Positions 45,806-63,043 of a DNA stretch of 64,000 bases are shown here, piece after piece. The position numbers were made by a program, and so were the translations under genes. Each line of letters begins with the position of its first letter. Positions within the stretch are counted from its first letter, which is position 1. Source of the stretch: Scenedesmus sp. PABB004 (taxonomy: Eukaryota); contig JABVCE010000002.1 in assembly GCA_014905635.1 (NCBI GenBank), positions 2,666,001-2,730,000 on the forward strand, written 5' to 3'. The notes beneath the pieces were generated by a model. The model did not search any database, was not told where the DNA came from, and saw only the letters and a program-made list of their open reading frames with translations.

Positions 45806-47223
45806 TCACGCGCCGCCGCACACGTCCTCTGGCCGCACGCCGATCACCTCGTACGTCTGCCGCGAGCAGTCGGCAAGCAGCGGCGGGCAGCGGAGGTAGT
45901 GCGAGTTGGCGACCCACAGCCGGCCGCCCGCGAGCGCGATGTTGGTCGGGACGTCGTAGGCCTGTGGCGCGATGATGCACCCCACCGTCACGCCGCCCGC
46001 GCCCTCGTCCAGGTCGAGGCGCAGCACGGCCGACCCAAAGTTGCTGGCCAGCCAGGCGGTGCGCGGCCCCGCAACGGCGAGGCCGTCGGCCCAGACCTTG
46101 CCGCCGTGCTGCTGCTTCGGCAGCGCCAGCTCCGTCACGTCGACCACACGCGGCCCCGGGGCGAGGCGCACGCGGTACACGTTGCCGTTGCCCCTGCGGC
46201 GCGGCACCGGCGGCGGCCGGCGGCCGTCGGCGGGCGCCAGGCGCGCTGGGCGTGCTGGGCGCGCTGGGCGTGCTGGGCCCGCCGAGCGTGCGCGGCCTGG
46301 CCGCGTGGCCAAGGCATCGCCGCGCTGCCGCACGCGGCAGCGCGCGCACCAGTGCGCGACGAGCAGCGTGGAGTTGTCGAGCACCGCGATGCCGTTGGCC
46401 TTCTCGCTCAGCGGCGCCATGCACAGCCCGCCGCACACAAAGCCCGGCCCCAGCGGCAGCTCCACCACGCGCGGCTGCGCGCGCGACGTGACGGCCGAGA
46501 CGTCGCGCGGCAGCGCGTAGACCACGGGGCGGAAGCTGTCCGTCACGAACGCGGTGCCCTCGCCGAGCGTGATCTCGTTCAGCAGGAAGGGGCAGGGCGC
46601 CATGGGGCGGCACCCCTGCGGCGCCACGAGCTGCACGTCGACGCTGCGGCGCACGGTGAAGGGCCCCTCGCCCGGCGGGGTCAAGTAGAAGATGCGCACG
46701 AGGCCGGTGATGCTGCCGCTCGCCCAGACCGCGTGCGCTTCGGCGTCGTACGCGCAGCCGTTGACCGGCAGCGGGTCGGCCGAGTCGTCGCGGTGCACGC
46801 GGGCCGTGGTGTTGGTGGCGAGGTCGACGTGATAGATGGACGAGTGGACCAGCTGCGCGGCGGCGCGGGGCAGCGAGGTGTGTGCTGCGCGTGCTCAGCA
46901 GCGCTGCTGGCGCTGCCACCAGACCCCTCCCCCGCACCCACCCACCGCACCGTGCAAACGAACAGGTCGGTCGGCCGCGGCCCCGCCGTGATCGACGCAG
47001 CGTGCGCGCCGAGCGGCAGCTGCAGCACCCAGGGCGCGCCCGGCGGCCTGGCGGCGCTGGCCTTGGCTGCCGGCGGGGCGTGGGGCTTGATGAAGCTGCT
47101 CCCGATGTCCAGCGCGTCCGCCAGGACCGGCGGCCGCCCGTCGGCGGCGCCAGCTGCTGCTGCGCTGCCTGATGATGCCCAGCAAGCCAGGGCGATGGCT
47201 ATCAATCGTGCCAGTTTATTCAT
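45806..47223 (-). CDS. Secreted six-bladed beta-propeller (SMP-30/gluconolactonase-like), 3 exons
   Basis: Signal peptide MNKLARLIAIALACWASS. Blade motifs VNGCAYD, LLNEITL...AFVTDSF, KANGIAV, WADGLAV and VPTNIAL...LWVANS. Confidence 0.7.
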
Positions 47224-47561
47224 CGCGCCACGAGCCATGCCAGGCCCGCTCCGCGGCGCGCGCCTGCGGGCTTTGCTTTCGCGCATGGCCAGCCCGCGCG
47301 CGTCGAGCGGCGACCCCTTGACCTGGCGCGAGCAGCTCGACAGCACGCTGAGGTGAGAGGCGAGCTCGAGAGCGCAGCGACCGGGGCTCGTTGGCGTGAA
47401 GCCCGGCGGCCAGCGGTTGGCTGCTGCTCCGCTGCTGCTGCCGAGGCCCTGGTCGCCGCCCTGGTCGCGTCCCGGGTCCGCGAGTTGCACGCGCGCAACT
47501 CACGCCTGCCGCCACGCCCCACCGCTGCCGCTGCGCCGTCGCCGACGATGACGTCCGCCTG

Positions 47562-48029
47562 TCACTGCTGCTGCTCCGCCGCGGCCGGCCGCGCCGCGAG
47601 CTTGGCGCGCGCGAGCGCTGCGTAGAGGCCCTGCAGCAGCGCCAGCGTGCCCTCCGCCTCTTCCACCGCGGCCGCCAGCTCCTCCGCGACCGCGGCGTGC
47701 TGCGCCTGCAGCGCGCGCACCTCGGCGTCAAACCTGGCGCCGCCGCGGTCCGGCGCGGCGCCGAGGTCGTCCGGCAGCAGCGCCAGCAGCTCCTGCGTCG
47801 CCTGCACCTGCGCCACCAGCTCCGCGCTCATGTCCGCGACCGCGTCGGGCAGCTTGAAGTCGGGCGCCGGCGGCGCCGCGAGCAGCGCCTCGCCCGCGGT
47901 CGCGCGCGGCGGCGCGTCGCGCTGCAGCACGCCGACCGCCTCGAAGAACCGCCGCGACACCGCGTCCAGCTGGTCCTGCAGCGCCGTCAGCAGCTCCCCG
48001 CACGCGCCGCCCGCCGGCGGCGCCGACAT
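47562..48029 (-). CDS. MED21: Mediator subunit 21, intronless
   Basis: LLTALQDQLDAVSRRFFEAVGVLQRDAPP...MSAELV...LLALLP followed by a C-terminal coiled coil. Confidence 0.85.
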   Translation of the reverse strand: MSAPPAGGACGELLTALQDQLDAVSRRFFEAVGVLQRDAPPRATAGEALLAAPPAPDFKLPDAVADMSAELVAQVQATQELLALLPDDLGAAPDRGGARFDAEVRALQAQHAAVAEELAAAVEEAEGTLALLQGLYAALARAKLAARPAAAEQQQ

Positions 48030-48209
48030 GGTCGGCGGGCCCCGCGCCGCGCCGAGTGCCGCGCCTCGCCGCCGCGGCGACCCGGGCCGCTGCCGAGCGC
48101 CGCCGCCGCGCTCCGCCGCTGCCGCCGCTGCCGACGCCGCTGCTGCCGCTGCTGCGGCCGCGCGACGCCGCTGCCCCCGCTCCCGCTGCGCCGCGGCGCG
48201 CGCACGCAC

Positions 48210-48491
48210 TCAGCCCCAGGCGGGCGTGAGGGCGTAGCTCACGTGCAGCTTGCCGTCGGCGGTGCCATACGCGCGCGCCAGCACGCCCAGCTCCTCGTCC
48301 AGGGCGGGGCAGAACGCGTTGCGCAGGTACACGAACACGGCCTCGCTGTGCAGCTGCTTGCGCAGGAAGGCGACGACCTTGGAGAAGCGCGAGTCGGCGC
48401 TGATCTTGACCTTGTCGGCCTTGAGGATCGGCGCCCCGCCGGCCGCGGAGAAGACGATGACGACTTTGCTGCTGCCCTCCTCCCCGCTCAT
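48210..48491 (-). CDS. ATG12: Ubiquitin-like autophagy protein ATG12, intronless
   Basis: KVVIVFSAAGGAPILK...FLRKQL...VFVYLRNAFCP...GKLHVSYALTPAWG*, ending in the conjugation Gly. Confidence 0.95.
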   Translation of the reverse strand: MSGEEGSSKVVIVFSAAGGAPILKADKVKISADSRFSKVVAFLRKQLHSEAVFVYLRNAFCPALDEELGVLARAYGTADGKLHVSYALTPAWG

Positions 48492-48812
48492 GCCCCGCCG
48501 CCGCGCGCACGGCCCGCCCGCGCCAGTGGCGAATGGTGTGCGCTCGAGAGAGACCAGGCGCAGGCCGGCTGCGGCCGCACGCGCAGCCGGGCGGGCGGGC
48601 GGGGCGCCGCCGCTGCTGTTGTCGCGGCGCGTGCGGCGCGTGGGGCGTCGCGGGCGCTGCTAGCTGGCGCTGGCGCTGGGTGGGCGATTGGCAATGGCGC
48701 TGCGTCTCTCTGTGCACGCTGACGACGGCGCGCGCACGTCGGGCGTCACGCTGCAGGCGGTTCAGCGGGCCACGACGCGTCGGCACGCCCCCTGTGCGCC
48801 GCCCGACGCTGC

Positions 48813-53866
<5,054 letters not shown>

Positions 53867-54463
53867 GTCGGCCCCGCCGCGGCGCTGCCGCGTGCGCGCC
53901 CACCGCTGGCCCGCCGCCCCCGCTGGCCGCCGCTGGAGCGAGGGTGCCTGCGGCCGGATCGGTGGGCCCGGCGCACGCGTCAGGTGCATGGCCGCGTCGC
54001 GCGGCGGCAGCGCGCTGCGGTCGGCGCCCGCTGCTGCTGCCGCCGCCGCCGCCGGCTGCGCAGCGCAGCAAGCGGGGCTGCTGCGTGATGCGAGCGCAGA
54101 TATACATGCGGACTGCGGCAAGCGGGCATGGCGCGGGACGCCGTGTGGCCGCACCCAGCAGCCTGTTTGATGGCTCCAGGCTCTCTCTGGAGGGTCGCGG
54201 CGCGCGCGGCTGTCGCGCGCTGCTTGCTGCCGCTGAGACGCTGCTGCCGCGCCCGCCGCAGCCGCTGCTGCTGCCGCTGCCGCTGCAGCCGGTGCTGCTG
54301 CTGCCGCCGCGCGGGCTCGTGCGTCGGCGGGCGGGCCCCCAACGTTCGTGGTTGCAGCAGGACAGAGCAGAACAGAGCCTCACGCCGCTCAACTGCTGCG
54401 CGCCAGCGCGCGCACCACGCGTCTGTCACGCTCGTCAGTCACGCCCGAGCGACGACGGGCGGG

Positions 54464-54712
54464 TCACGCCGTGCGGCGCCAGGTGAACCCGGCGAACGAT
54501 GGGCTGCGCGCTCGCTCCAGCTGCTTGGCCCCCGTGCGCAGCAGGTGCTCCACGCGCTGCAGGTCGGAGGCGCGCACGCGCCGCCCGGCCTCCATCTCGT
54601 GCCGAGCAAACGCCCTCACGCTGCGCGCCGACTCCGGGTCCAGCACCCGCGCCTGGCGCAGCGCGCCGCGGTACAGCGCCAGCGCCTGCGCCGCGAGCCG
54701 CGAGCGCGCCAT
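54464..54712 (-). CDS. SDHAF1: LYR-motif protein, succinate dehydrogenase assembly factor 1-like, intronless
   Basis: MARSRLAAQALALYRGALR...DLQRVEHLLRTGAKQLE matches the SDHAF1/LYRM8 pattern. Confidence 0.7.
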   Translation of the reverse strand: MARSRLAAQALALYRGALRQARVLDPESARSVRAFARHEMEAGRRVRASDLQRVEHLLRTGAKQLERARSPSFAGFTWRRTA

Positions 54713-55140
54713 GCCGGCGCGGCCACCCCGCGCGCGCGGCGGCGCCGCCGCCGCTGCTGCCGCTGCCGCTGCCACTCCCGCCGCTGCCGGCGCTCGCTGT
54801 CGCCACTGCCGCTGCCGGCCCCTGCGGCGGTGGCACGCGGCCTGGTAGTCCCCCGGCCCCTGCCCACCCCCCGCGCTGCGGCGGCGGCGCGTGCGACAGC
54901 TCGTGGCCGCGCACACGCGCTCGTCGTCGGCCGCGCGACGGGGGAGCTGGGAGCTCGCAGTGGCGGGAGCTGGATCGTGGCGAGCAGCTGGTCTGGAGAG
55001 CAGAAAACGGCGGCGCAGAGCCCAGGCAGCACGGCGGCGTCACGAGCTCGGGACGCGCCGCGTCTCGGGCTGCGCCCCAACGCGTGCCCCGTGTGGCCCA
55101 GTCGACGCGCCCCCGTGCACTGCCACGCACGTTCCGCACG

Positions 55141-56309
55141 ATGGCGGCGTCACTGGTCGCAGCAGCCCCGCCGCGCCTGCGCGGCGGCGGCGGCAGCAGC
55201 GCGGAGCGAGTGACGTGGCGATGCGCGGCAGCGCGGCACCGCCAGCAGCCGCCACCGCGCCGGCGACAGCAGCAAGGCTGCCCCCAGCCGCAGCAGCGAG
55301 CACGCTGCGTGGCGGCGCGGGCGGCGGCGGAGGCGGCGTGCGTCGCTGCTGCGGCCGCTGCCGCCGCTGCCGCGCCCGCGGCGGCCGGGGGCTGGGCGCT
55401 GCCGCTGCCGGCGCTGTGGCCGGCGAGCGGGCCGTTTGGGGTGTGGGCGGGCCTCATCGTCGCCGGCGCGTTTGGGATGTGGTGCGAGGCGCGCACGCGG
55501 GTCGGCAAGGAGCTCTCCGGCGCGCTGGTCGCGACGCTCGCAGGTGGGCTGGCCAGCTGCTGCTCTGGGGGCCCGCTACAACCGGCGCGCGGCGCGTCTG
55601 GCGCGCGCCGAGTTGTCGGACGCGCCGGGCGGGCGCGCGCCAGGCGCGGCCGCGACCCCGCGCGCGCGCGCGCGCGCGCGCCTCGCGACCCCCCGCCGCC
55701 GCGTCCGCCGCCGCCGTGTCCGCGTCGCCGCGGCAGGCATGGCGCTGGCCAACTGCGGCTACCTGCCGCCGCACCCGCCCGAGGCGGGGCTCGTGTTCAG
55801 CCACCTCCTCCCGCTCGCCATCCCGCTGCTGCTCTTCTCCGCCAACCTCCGCGCCGTGCTGCGCGACACGGGGCGCCTGCTGCCGGCGTTCCTGCTCGGC
55901 ACCGCCTGCACCGTCGCGTCCAGCGTCGCCGCGATGGCCGCGTTCCCGCTCGGCCCCGCGCTCGGCGGGCAGGGCTGGAAGATCGCCGCTGCCCTCACCG
56001 CGCGGCACATTGGTGGCGCCGTGAATTACATGGTGCGGGCGGTCAAACGCCGCCGCCCGCGCCGCGCCGCTGCCGCCGCCGCCGCCGCCGCGCGCCATGC
56101 GCCCACGCCTGCCGCCGACCGCCCGCGGGCGCGCCGCGTGCGCGCCGCCCGCCAGGCGGTGAGCGAGGCGCTGCGCGTGAGCCCGTCGACCTTTGGCGCG
56201 GGGCTGGCGGCGGACGACCTCATGCTGGCGCTGTACTTCATCACGCTCTACGCCCTTGCGCGCGCGGTGCCGCCAGAGGCGCCCGCCGGCGGGACGCCCC
56301 AGCAGCAGC

Positions 56310-56359
<50 letters not shown>

Positions 56360-57289
56360 GAGACGCAGACGCAGACGCAGACGCAGCAGCAGGGGCGCGC
56401 GCCGCCAGCGGACGCCGGCGGCGGCGGCGGGCACGGCGGCGTGGGCGGGCGGTCCATCTCGGTGCGCGGCGCCGGGCTCCGCGCGGCACGCCTCTGGCCT
56501 CGGCCCGCCCGCTAGCCTCGGCCCACGCGCGTGCGCGCCCTGGTCCCGTCAGGTGTTTGCCTGCATGATGGGCCTCGGCCTCTCGGCGGCAATCGTCCAC
56601 GTCGGCAGCCAGGCCGCCGCCGCGGCGGGCCTGCCGAGCCAGAGCATCACGGTCATCACCGCCCTCACCATCGCCCTCGCGACCGCCGCGCCCGGCCGGC
56701 TCGCGCCGCTCGCGCACTCGTGCGAGGGCCTGGCGCTGATAATGATGCAGGTGGGGCGCTGCCCGCCACGGCGGCGGCCGGCCGGGCCGCAGCGGGCGAG
56801 CGCGACGCGCCGCCGACCGCGCGGCGCGGCGCGCCGGCGCCGGCGCAGGTGTTCTTTGCGGCGGTGGGCGCGAGCGCGGACGTGCGGCTGGTGCTGCGCA
56901 CGGCGCCCATCCTGTTCTGCTGGTCCTCCGTCGCGCTCGCGGGGCACCTGGGCCTGCTGCTCACGCTGGGGCGGGCGCTGGGGTTCAGCCGCAAGGAGCT
57001 GCTCCTCGCCTCCAACGCCAACATCGGCGGTGCGCGGCCGTCCAGCCGCCGCGCGCGCCGCCGCGCCGCCGCGCCGCCGCGCCGCCGCGCCGCCGCACGG
57101 CGCGGCCGCCGCACCCGCCGGCCGTGCGCCGCGCGCGCAGGCCCCTCCACGGTGGCGGGCATGGCGGCGTCCAAGGGCTGGGGCAGCATGCTCGTCCCCT
57201 CCATCCTCGTCAGCACGCTGGGCTACGCGCTGGGCACCTTCATCGGCGTCGGCCTCGGCGCGACCACGCTGCGCCCGCTCGCGCGCTAG
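55141..57289 (+). CDS. DUF819 family multi-pass membrane protein, plastid transit peptide (6 exons)
   Basis: GKELSGALVATL, LLPLAIPLLLFSANLR, HIGGAVNY, LLASNANIG|GPSTVAGMA and STLGYALGTFIG. QT repeat at 56312-56385. Confidence 0.88.
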
Positions 57290-57402
57290 CGCCAGCGGCG
57301 GCAGCGGCGGCAGCGGTGGCGGCAGCGCGCGGCGCGGGCGCGGCACGCCGTGCAACCGCGTTGCACCAGCGCCGGCGCCCACCGCCGGCGCCCGCACGCG
57401 CG

Positions 57403-59517
57403 CTAGCGCCGCCCCAGCGCCACCGCGCCCTCGACCAGGCCTGACCACGACTCGTGCAGCTGCTCCAGCCCCGCCTGCACCGCGGCCGCCTCGTCCATGA
57501 TGCGCGCGGCAAGCGCGCGCCCCGCATCTGCTGCGCGGCGCGACGGCAACAGCGGCCGGCCAGCCGTCACCGCCAGCGCCGCCCCCACCGCCGCCGCGTC
57601 GTCCCCACCGCCCGTGGCCAGCGCGGCCAGCGCGGGCGGCGCGCCCTTCAGCACGCCCGACGCCGCCAGCGCCGCCTGCTGCGGGGCCTGACGCTGCGCG
57701 GTGCGGGCGTGGAGCGGGCGGCGTGTCAGGCGGGCCCCGCTCGCCGCCACGCCAGGCAGGGCCAGCGGCGCACCGCGCCCACGGGCTCCGCCGCCCTCCC
57801 TGCGTGCCGCGGCCTCACCAGCGCCGCCGCCAGCGCGGCATCTAGCGGGCCGAAGAGCTGCGCCGCGGCCTGCACCTCGTCGCGCGTGACGGGCACGCAT
57901 TGGAACGTCTCGAGCGAGGTGAAGCGGAACGCGACGTACGGCCGCAGCAGCGTCAGGCCGCACACCTCGCTGCACTCGACTGCGAGGTGGCGTAGGCGCG
58001 GGAGCTGCAGGAACGCGTGCAGCTGTGGCAGGCTGTCCAGGCCGGCCTGGCCCGCGAGCGTCAGCGAGGTCAGCGAGAGGCCCCGCAGCACCGGCAGCGC
58101 GTCCAGCACCTGCGCGAGGGCGGGCGGGGGGCAGCCCATGGCGTGGCTGCCGCCCAGCCGCCAGGCCCTGCCAACGCCCCCCCCCCCTCCCTCTCTCCAC
58201 CACCCACACCTCGTCATACGACGTCCCCTTCAGCGTGAGGTCACCCACGCCCGCGGCCGCCTCGCTGCGCAGTGCTGCCAGGCCCTCTGCGCCGGTGAGG
58301 ACCAGCGCGTCGCCGCAGCGCACAACGCCGGGCGTGGCCGGCGACGGCGGGCTCGCGCTGCGCGCCGCGCTGCGCTGGCAGAGGTGCGCCCTGGTCACGG
58401 CGAGGCAGCGCGCTGCCTCCGAGGCGCTGTGCAGGTCGCCGCCGTCGTCGACCCACCAGCCGCCGCCCTCTAGCTCGTCGCTGCCCTCCACGGCTGCGCC
58501 CTGCGCGCCGTCCGGCGCCGGTCCGGCCGCGCGCCCGGGCGGCGGCAGCACGCCGCAGGCGACCGCCGCGCCGCGCAGCACCGCGTCCAGCTCCGCGCCC
58601 GGCGCCAGCAGCGGCCCGCCGCCCGGCGCGCCGGCTGCCACCGGCGCAGGCGCGCCGCCGAGCTCGCCCGCGCCGGCGCTTGCGCCCACCCCCGCCCGCA
58701 TGGCCTGCGTGAGCAGCAGGCCGCGCTCGCCCGCCGACACCTGCACGGGTCGGCCATGTCAGTGTGGGCGCCCTCCGCCCCGCGCCGCCCAGACCCGCGC
58801 CCTGCAGCTGCGCCGCGCGCGGCGCGCCCCGTGCTGGCGCCCGCTCACGTGCTGCATGTCCAGCGTCAGCAGCGAGGCGGGGCACCACGCCAGCACCTGC
58901 TCGCGCGCGGTCGCGCCGCCCTGGCCAGCCAGCTGCAGCTGCAGGGGGTTGCCGTCGACGGCCAGGTCCAGCAGGCGGCGCAGCCCCCGCAGCGGCGCGA
59001 GCGCCGAGGGGGCGGCGAGCAGGTTGCGCGCTAGCGACAGGCGCGCCAGGCTCGGCGGCAGCGCGTCGGGCGGCGGCAGGTCGGTCAGGCCGTTGCGGGC
59101 CAGGTTGAGCGCCGTGAGGCGGCTCAAGGACGCCAGCTCCAGCGGGAGCCGGACCAGCGCGCAGGCGGCGGCGTTGAGCTCCTGCAGCTGCGGCAGGCCG
59201 GCCACGGGCGCGAGGTCGCCCAGGCCTGCGCAGCCGTGTACGTCAAGAGACGTCAGCGCCGAAAGCGCGCCGACGCCCTCCAGGCTCGTCAGCGGGTTGC
59301 GGCTCGCGTCCAGGGCGAGCAGGCGCGGCGCCGCCGCCGAAATCGCGGCGAAGTCTGCCGCGCCGAGCGCCAGCCGGTTGCGCGCCAGCGACAGCGCCTC
59401 CGCGCCCTCGCAGCAGCCCTGCAGCGGCGGCAGCGCGCAGAGGCGGAGCCGGGCGAGGTCCAGCCGGGCGGGCGCGGGCGCCGGCGCGTCGGCGCCGCTG
59501 TCGTCGCTGCCGGCCAT
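57403..59517 (-). CDS. Leucine-rich repeat protein, LRRC49-like (4 exons)
   Basis: About 6 LxxLxLxxN repeats with an LRR cap (DGNPL). The C-terminal block VLDALPVL...LPQLHAFLQLPRL...LTLLRPYVAFRF...VTRDEVQAAAQLFGPL recalls the LRRC49 C-terminal region. Confidence 0.6.
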
Positions 59518-60007
59518 CGCCGCGCTTGGCGCAGGCTGCGTGGCTGCACGGTTGCGGTATTGGGTGTGTCAGGAATCTCTCGGAACAAGCTGGGGGCGCG
59601 CACGGCCGCCGCGCGGCGGCGGCGCAACGGCGCGGAAAAACAACCCTCAACCCTGCGCGCTGGGGCAGGGCAGGGGCCCGCGCCATGCCCCAGCGCGTCG
59701 TCCAGACCGCGCCACACACGCCCCCGCGAATGCACCATCCAAGGCGCGGAGAGAGGCGTCTCGCACTGCGGGAGCCACACACCTGGGCGCCAGCCTGGCG
59801 CTTGCCGCGTTGCGCCCCGCGCTCGCGGCAGTGCACTCACCGCTCTCGCCCCTGCGACGCGCGGGCGCGCTGCTGGCCCGCGCCGCCGCGAGCAGCCCAG
59901 GCCTGAGCAGCAGCAGCGCCGCCGCTGCCAGCGCCGCCGCCGCCGGCCCGGCTCCCGCGCACCAGCCCCAGCCCGCGCCCGCGCCGAGCCGTCGCCGGCG
60001 CGCCGCC

Positions 60008-62745
60008 ATGAGCAGCGCGGCGCCCAAGCGCAAGGCGCAGGACGAGCCGGCGGCTGGCGCGGCCAAGGCCGCCAAGGCGGCCAAGGGCGCGGCCGCCGGC
60101 CAGCTGGTCAACCCGCGGCGCGTGCGCATGCTCAAGGACGCGCCGCAGGGCCCTGGGCCCGTCATCTACTGGTGCGCGCCACGCCCGCGGCGCCGGCCCG
60201 TGCCCCGCGGCGGCGCGCGCGGCTGCGGCACGCGCCGCGCGCCGCGCGCCCACGCGCCCACGCACGGCGCGCCGCGGCCCGCGCAGGATGTCCCGCGACC
60301 AGCGCATGCGTGACAACTGGGCCCTGCTCTACGCGCTGGAGCGGGCCGCCGCGACGGGCGCGCCCTGCGCGGTCGCGTTCAACCTGGTGCGCCGCGCCGC
60401 CGCGCCCCGGAGCGCGCTCGAGCGCGCCGCGGCGCCGGAGCGCGCCTCGCCTCCCCCCCCCCCCCATCCCAACACCCCCCCCCCACCCCGACCCCCCCCC
60501 CCCCCCCCCCTGCTCGCCGCGCCGCCAGGTGCCCGCGTTCCTGGGCGCGGGCGCGCGGCAGTTTGTGTTCATGCTCAAGGGCCTCGCCGAGCTCGCGCCG
60601 CGCCTCGCCGCGGGGGCATCCCCCTCTTCCTGCTGCGCGGCGACCCCGCCGACACGCTGCCGGGCCTGGTGGCCCGCCTCGGCGCGGGGCTGCTGGTCAC
60701 CGACTACTCGCCGCTGCGCCTCGGCCGCGCGTGGCGGGAGCAGGTCGCGTCGCGCGTGGCGGTGCCGTTCGCCGAGGTCGACGCGCACAACGTGGTCCCC
60801 GTGTGGGTGGCCAGCGACAAGCGCGAGTACGCGGCGCGCACCATCCGGCCCAAGATCCACGCCAAGCTCCCAGAGTTCCTGGTCGAGTTCCCGGCGCCCC
60901 CGCGCCCCGCGCCCTGGGGCGACGGCCGCCCCCAGCCAGACCCCGTCGACTGGGAGGTGCGACGCGCAGCGCCGCGCACCGCCGCGCCGGCCCCGCGCTG
61001 CGCCGGGCGGAGACACCGGCGCGCGCGCGTGCGCGCGTGCGCGGAGCCAGCTGCAGCGCGCGGGCGCCCACACCGCGCGCCGGCGCCGCCGCAGGCGCTG
61101 CTGGCGGAGGTGCGCGAGCGCGGCGCGGCGGTGCCCGAGGTGACCTGGGCCACGCCGGGCGAGGACGGCGCCGCGGCGGCGCTCGTCGGCGCGCCCGGCA
61201 GCTTCCTCAGCCCCGCGCGGCTCAGCCTGTACGCGGCCAAGCGCAACGACCCCGGCGAGCCCCAGGCGCTGTCCAACCTCTCGCCCTGGCTGCACTTTGG
61301 GCAGCTGGCGCCGCAGCGCGCCGCGCTCGAGGCGGCCAAGCTGCGGCCGAAGCACCGCGACAGCGTGGAGGGGTTCCTGGAGGAGCTGGTGCGCCCGCGC
61401 GCCCGCCCAGCACCCGCCCTGTGTGCTGCGGGGCCGCGCGCGCAGCGGCCCGCGCCGCGCCGCGCCGCGGCACACCTGCGCCCTGCCCCGCTCACCCACC
61501 CAACCCACTCACCGCACCCACCAACACGCCCACCCACCCACACCCACCCACACGCCTCCCAGGTCGTGCGGCGCGAGCTGGCGGACAACTACTGCCACTA
61601 CTGCCCCGCTACCTACGACTCCCTCGACGCCGCATACGACTGGGCCCGCGACTCGCTCGCCGCGCACGCGGGCGACAAGCGCGAGTTCATATACACCACG
61701 TGAGATGCGGCAGCGGCGCCGGCGGCGGCGGCGGCGGCGCGCGGCGGCGCGGCGCGGGGAGACGCGGCGCGGGGGCGGGGCGCGAGCGCAGGCGCGGGCG
61801 CTGCCCGCGCCGCGGCTGCGCCTGAGCGCGCCCCCGCCCGCGCCCCCGCCCGCGCCCCGCGCCGCCGCCGCGCGCGCGCGCGCAGCGAGCAGCTCGAGGC
61901 GGGGCGCACGCACGACGAGCTGTGGAACGCGGCGCAGCGCGAGATGGTGGTGCGGGGCAAGATGCACGGCTTCATGCGCATGTACTGGGCCAAAAAGATA
62001 CTCGAGTGGACGCCCAGGCGCGCGCGGCGCGGCGCGGCGCGGCCGCCCTGCGCGCGCGCGCGCGGCTGCCCTGCGCGCGCGCGCGCGCGCGCCGTACCGC
62101 ACCGCCCCGCCCCGCCCCGCGCCGCCGCCCCGCGCTGACGCGCCCTGCTCCCTGCGCCGGCCGCGCCTGCGCCGCGCAGCGCGTCGGAGGCGGTGCGCGT
62201 GGCGATCTACCTGAACGACAAGTACCAGCTCGACGGCCGCGACCCCAACGGCTACGTGGGCGTGATGTGGAGCGTCGCGGGCATCCACGACCAGGGCTGG
62301 GGCGAGCGCCCCGTGTTTGGCAAGATCCGCTACATGAACTACGCCGGCTGCAAGCGCAAGTTTGACATCCCAAAGTACGTCGCCTACACGCAGAGAGAGG
62401 TGACGTGCGAGAGCGCGCGCGCGCGCGCGCGGCGCACACGCGCGAGAGCGCGGCGCGGCGCGCACGCGCGGCGCGGCGGCGCGGGAGCCCCCGCGTGGCG
62501 CGGGCCCAGGGCTCAGCCGACGCGCTGCGCCGCGCTGCGCCGCGCCGCGCCGCGCCGCGCAGGAGGCGGCGGCCAAGCGCGGCCAGGCGGGCAGCAGCGC
62601 CGCGGCGGCGGGCGGACCGCCGGCGGTCGCGCCCGTGTTTGCGGCGGCGGCGGCGGCGGCCGCCGCGGCGGGCAAGCGGGGCGGCAAGGCGGCGGCGGAG
62701 GAGGGCAAGGCGAAGAAGAAGGCCGGCGCGCCCAAGAAGGCGTGA
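60008..62745 (+). CDS. PHR2: Class II CPD photolyase (apparent 1-nt frameshift at the G-run 60612-60616)
   Basis: [76 protein letters not shown] and FGKIRYMN. Confidence 0.95.
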
Positions 62746-63043
62746 GCGGGCGGCGCAGCCCGCGCGTGTGCAGGCGCGGGGGCCCTTGCCGGCCGGCACT
62801 GCATCGCTTTGAGTGCGGGCTGAGCTCGGCTTGACCAAGAGTTGCAACGCGGCCTCGCTGCGAGCGCACGCACACCGATTGTCCCCCGCACCAGCACCCG
62901 TTGCCAGCCCGGCCAACCATGTCAGTGCAGAGGGGAGCCGTTGTGAATCTGGCTCTAGAGCCACCCCCGGTTGCCCCCCAGTGCGCCCCCTCGCCCAGCA
63001 AGAGTCCTGCGGCTGGCCGTGTGGCCCGGGCGCCGCCGCGTCG

